Positions 37,816-40,266 of a DNA stretch of 40,266 bases are shown one piece after another. Each line of letters starts with the position of its first letter. The first letter of the stretch is position 1. Source of the stretch: Eledone cirrhosa (lineage: Eukaryota). Under the pieces are notes generated by a model. The model ran no database searches and was not told the origin of the DNA. It worked only from the letters and a program-made list of their open reading frames with translations. A program made the position numbers and the translations under genes. The stretch lies in the NCBI GenBank assembly GCA_964016885.1, contig CAXHJY010000997.1, positions 1-40,266 of the forward strand, in the 5' to 3' direction.

Positions 37816-40100
37816 TCATCATCATCATCATCATCACCGTTTTACGTCCGTTCTTCCACGCTAGCATGGGTTAGACGGGTTGTCCTGTTGTGGGCAGTGT
37901 CTGGTCGGCTGACCATGCCTTGCTCATACAGGAACTGATCTGGCTTGATTTCTACAGCTGGATGCCCTTCCTAACACCAACCTCATTTACAGTGAGTGCT
38001 GGGTGCTTTTTCGTGGCGCCTACACGTCCACTTTACAGTGTGGGCTGGGTGCTTTTTTGCCGTGGCACCTCCACGACCACCTTGCGGTGGGGGGGGGGGG
38101 GGGCATATTGTTTATATGCTTCAGCATGTACCCATGGGAGGTCGGGTACCCTGTATTACTGCGTGACGCCAGAAGTCACGGTCGTGTGTCATTGACTTTG
38201 AGAGGTGTAGTTGGGTAAGGTCGGCTTTTATCACCTCATCCCAAGTCATCTTGGGTCTCCCCACTCCGCGGTTTCCATCAACTTCTAGTGCTCTGCACCT
38301 TTTTATGCAGCTGTCATCCTTCATACGCATCACATGTCCATACCAGCGTAACCGCCTCTCCTGCACGCAGCATTTGATTCCTCTTATGCTCAGTCTCTCT
38401 CTCAATTCATTTATGCTTTGTCGTTCACGTATATTACTGTTACACATCCATCGGAGCATGCAGGCTTCGTTTCTCTCTAATCTACGTAAGTCTTCCACCT
38501 TCAGCGCCCAGGTCTCACTACCATGCAACATCGCTGTTCGGATACACGCATCATACAGTCTGCCTTTCATTCTGAGGGAGCAGCCTTTTGCAGCTAGCAG
38601 TGGTAGTAGTTCCCTAAACTTCTTCCATCCCGTTCTTACCCTAGTTATTGTACTTTCTGAGCACCCACCTCCGTTGCTAATTCGGTCACCTAGGTAGCAG
38701 AAGCTGTCTACTGTTTCTACAGGGCCCTCCCAGAGATTGGTGGTACTTGTTTCCTGTGGCTGTTTGCTTGCTGTTTCAGCACAGCTGCTGCATGTGAATC
38801 CTACATTCTTAATTAAGCTTCCTGAGATCCCGCTACATCTCTTGTGTACCCATTGTTTGCATTTGGGGCAAAGAATGGAGTTCCTACCTACACCTTTCCT
38901 ACATACTGAGCAAGGCCATTTCCCTGAGGGGATCTGGGTTCTGTTTTCTCGTCTACTTATAAGGACCTTAGTCTTTGTCATGTTGACTTTGAGGCCCTTT
39001 CTCTCTAGTCCCTGCTTCCAGGTTTGGAATTTATTCTCTAGTTCTACCATAGATTCAGCTATGAGTGCGAGGTCATCAGCATACAGGAGTTCCCATGGGC
39101 ATCCGGTCTTAAACTCCTCCGTTATTGCCTGCAGGACTATGATGAACAGGAGAGGGCTAAGAACAGAGCCCTGGTGGACCCCAACCTGTACGCTAAATTC
39201 CTCGCTATACTCATTGCCAATCCTAACTTTGCTGACTGCTCCCCTATACATGGCTTGTACCGCTTTCACAAGCCATTCATCTACTCCTAGTTTTCTAAGA
39301 GCCCACCAGATTACTGCACGTGGAACTCTGTCAAAGGCTTTCTCAAGGTCGACAAATGCCAAGTAGAGTGGCTTACTTTTAGCTAGGTACTTTTCCTGTA
39401 ATTGCCTCACAAGGAAGAGCGCATCAGTGGTGCCTTTCCCTGGTACAAACCCAAATTGCATCTCGTCTATATTCACCCGGTCCCTAATCAGCTGTGCTAT
39501 AACTCTTTCTGTTACTTTCATGACCTGGTCCATCAACTTTATACCTCTATAGTTTCCTCTATCTAGTGCATCGCCTTTACCTTTGTAGCAGTTGACAATG
39601 ATGCTACTGCACCAATCTTTTGGTATGGCCCCCTCTAGTATTACCTGGTTAACGATACGTGTGGTTATAGTGTGACCTACAGACCCAGATGCCTTCAGCA
39701 TCTCGGCAGCTATACCCGATGGACCGGTTGCCTTCCCTATCTTCATATCTCTGATTGCCTTACTTACTACGCTGCCGCTGACTTGTACTGCTGGTCCCTC
39801 TATAGGGTCTACGTGGGGTAGGGTCTCTTCTTCCCATGCATTCTCCTCATTTAGTAATCTATCATAATGACTCTTCCATGCATCTTTCTTCTCAGCACTT
39901 GTGAGGGCAAGCTCACCTTTATCATTCTGGATACACTTCTCTTCAATGACATCACAACTATCTCTGACACACTGCCTCGCAATCTTGAATACCTCCTGTT
40001 TCTGGTCCTCACGTTGTAAAACATGCTTGAATTTTCTATCCTCTGCTTCCCTCCTAGCTAAGTATACTTGTCGCCTAGCTTCCCTCTTGGTCTCTATGTA
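37816..40100 (-). mobile_element. Young RTE-clade non-LTR retrotransposon, 5'-truncated
   Basis: (TGA)n tail, ~290-bp 3' UTR and uninterrupted RT ORF. No AP-endonuclease domain. Composition switches to AT-rich host sequence near 40100. No TSD found. Confidence 0.95.
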
Positions 40101-40166
40101 ATAATACACATGCCTAGGGTGGAAGTTTTGTGGAATTGTTAAAGCATAAGATAGCATGTCTTGCAA
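38121..40166 (-). CDS. RTE-clade reverse transcriptase (endonuclease-less, truncated) with PHD-type zinc finger
   Basis: Non-LTR RT motifs KATGPSGI, YKGKGD..NYRGIKL, QFGF..GKGTTDA, FVDLEKAFDRVPR, GVHQGSVLSPLLF, YADD (39072-39083) and FCYLG; RTE C-terminal RRLRWYGHVMRM and GRPKMTW. The first ~22 codons probably come from the flank. Confidence 0.93.
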   Translation of the reverse strand: MQDMLSYALTIPQNFHPRHVYYYIETKREARRQVYLARREAEDRKFKHVLQREDQKQEVFKIARQCVRDSCDVIEEKCIQNDKGELALTSAEKKDAWKSHYDRLLNEENAWEEETLPHVDPIEGPAVQVSGSVVSKAIRDMKIGKATGPSGIAAEMLKASGSVGHTITTRIVNQVILEGAIPKDWCSSIIVNCYKGKGDALDRGNYRGIKLMDQVMKVTERVIAQLIRDRVNIDEMQFGFVPGKGTTDALFLVRQLQEKYLAKSKPLYLAFVDLEKAFDRVPRAVIWWALRKLGVDEWLVKAVQAMYRGAVSKVRIGNEYSEEFSVQVGVHQGSVLSPLLFIIVLQAITEEFKTGCPWELLYADDLALIAESMVELENKFQTWKQGLERKGLKVNMTKTKVLISRRENRTQIPSGKWPCSVCRKGVGRNSILCPKCKQWVHKRCSGISGSLIKNVGFTCSSCAETASKQPQETSTTNLWEGPVETVDSFCYLGDRISNGGGCSESTITRVRTGWKKFRELLPLLAAKGCSLRMKGRLYDACIRTAMLHGSETWALKVEDLRRLERNEACMLRWMCNSNIRERQSINELRERLSIRGIKCCVQERRLRWYGHVMRMKDDSCIKRCRALEVDGNRGVGRPKMTWDEVIKADLTQLHLSKSMTHDRDFWRHAVIQGTRPPMGTC

Positions 40167-40266
40167 TGTCTCTTCCAGCTCTGTATGCTCATAGTTAACC
40201 TAACTTGAAATTTTTAAAAATGAATGAATGGAGACAGTGTAGGGTAAAGGGTTCTCTTTAATCTTG

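Noticed and set aside
38251-40101. Plus-strand ORFs of 148, 209 and 66 aa
   Set aside because: Antisense shadows of the RT ORF.

Overview
AT-rich eukaryotic DNA made almost entirely of interspersed repeats and microsatellites. The SINE, MITE and RTE families resemble those I recognise from octopus (coleoid cephalopod) genomes; this is recognition from memory, not a database result. The only substantial coding sequence is a young, 5'-truncated RTE-clade LINE on the minus strand (~37816-40100) with an intact reverse transcriptase and an embedded PHD-type finger. A near-identical 3' fragment lies at 21027-21492 and an old decayed relative at ~4640-5203. Also present are a non-autonomous Helitron (27995-28779), a probable solo LTR (12040-12621), Tc1/pogo-type and piggyBac-type MITEs and many tRNA-derived SINEs. 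A CpG-rich stretch near 1-1.5 kb, CpG depletion to its right and a clean 33-nt + strand exon (15951-15983) suggest most of the window is intron of a + strand gene that I cannot identify. The least explained signals are a minimal type-I hammerhead ribozyme motif (8393-8433, minus) with degenerate relatives, a set of fold-back palindromes (one built from a tRNA-Thr(UGU) fragment, one carrying half a hammerhead) and a box C/D-like hairpin at ~2374-2470. Repeat boundaries are approximate and the smaller repeat copies are listed selectively.
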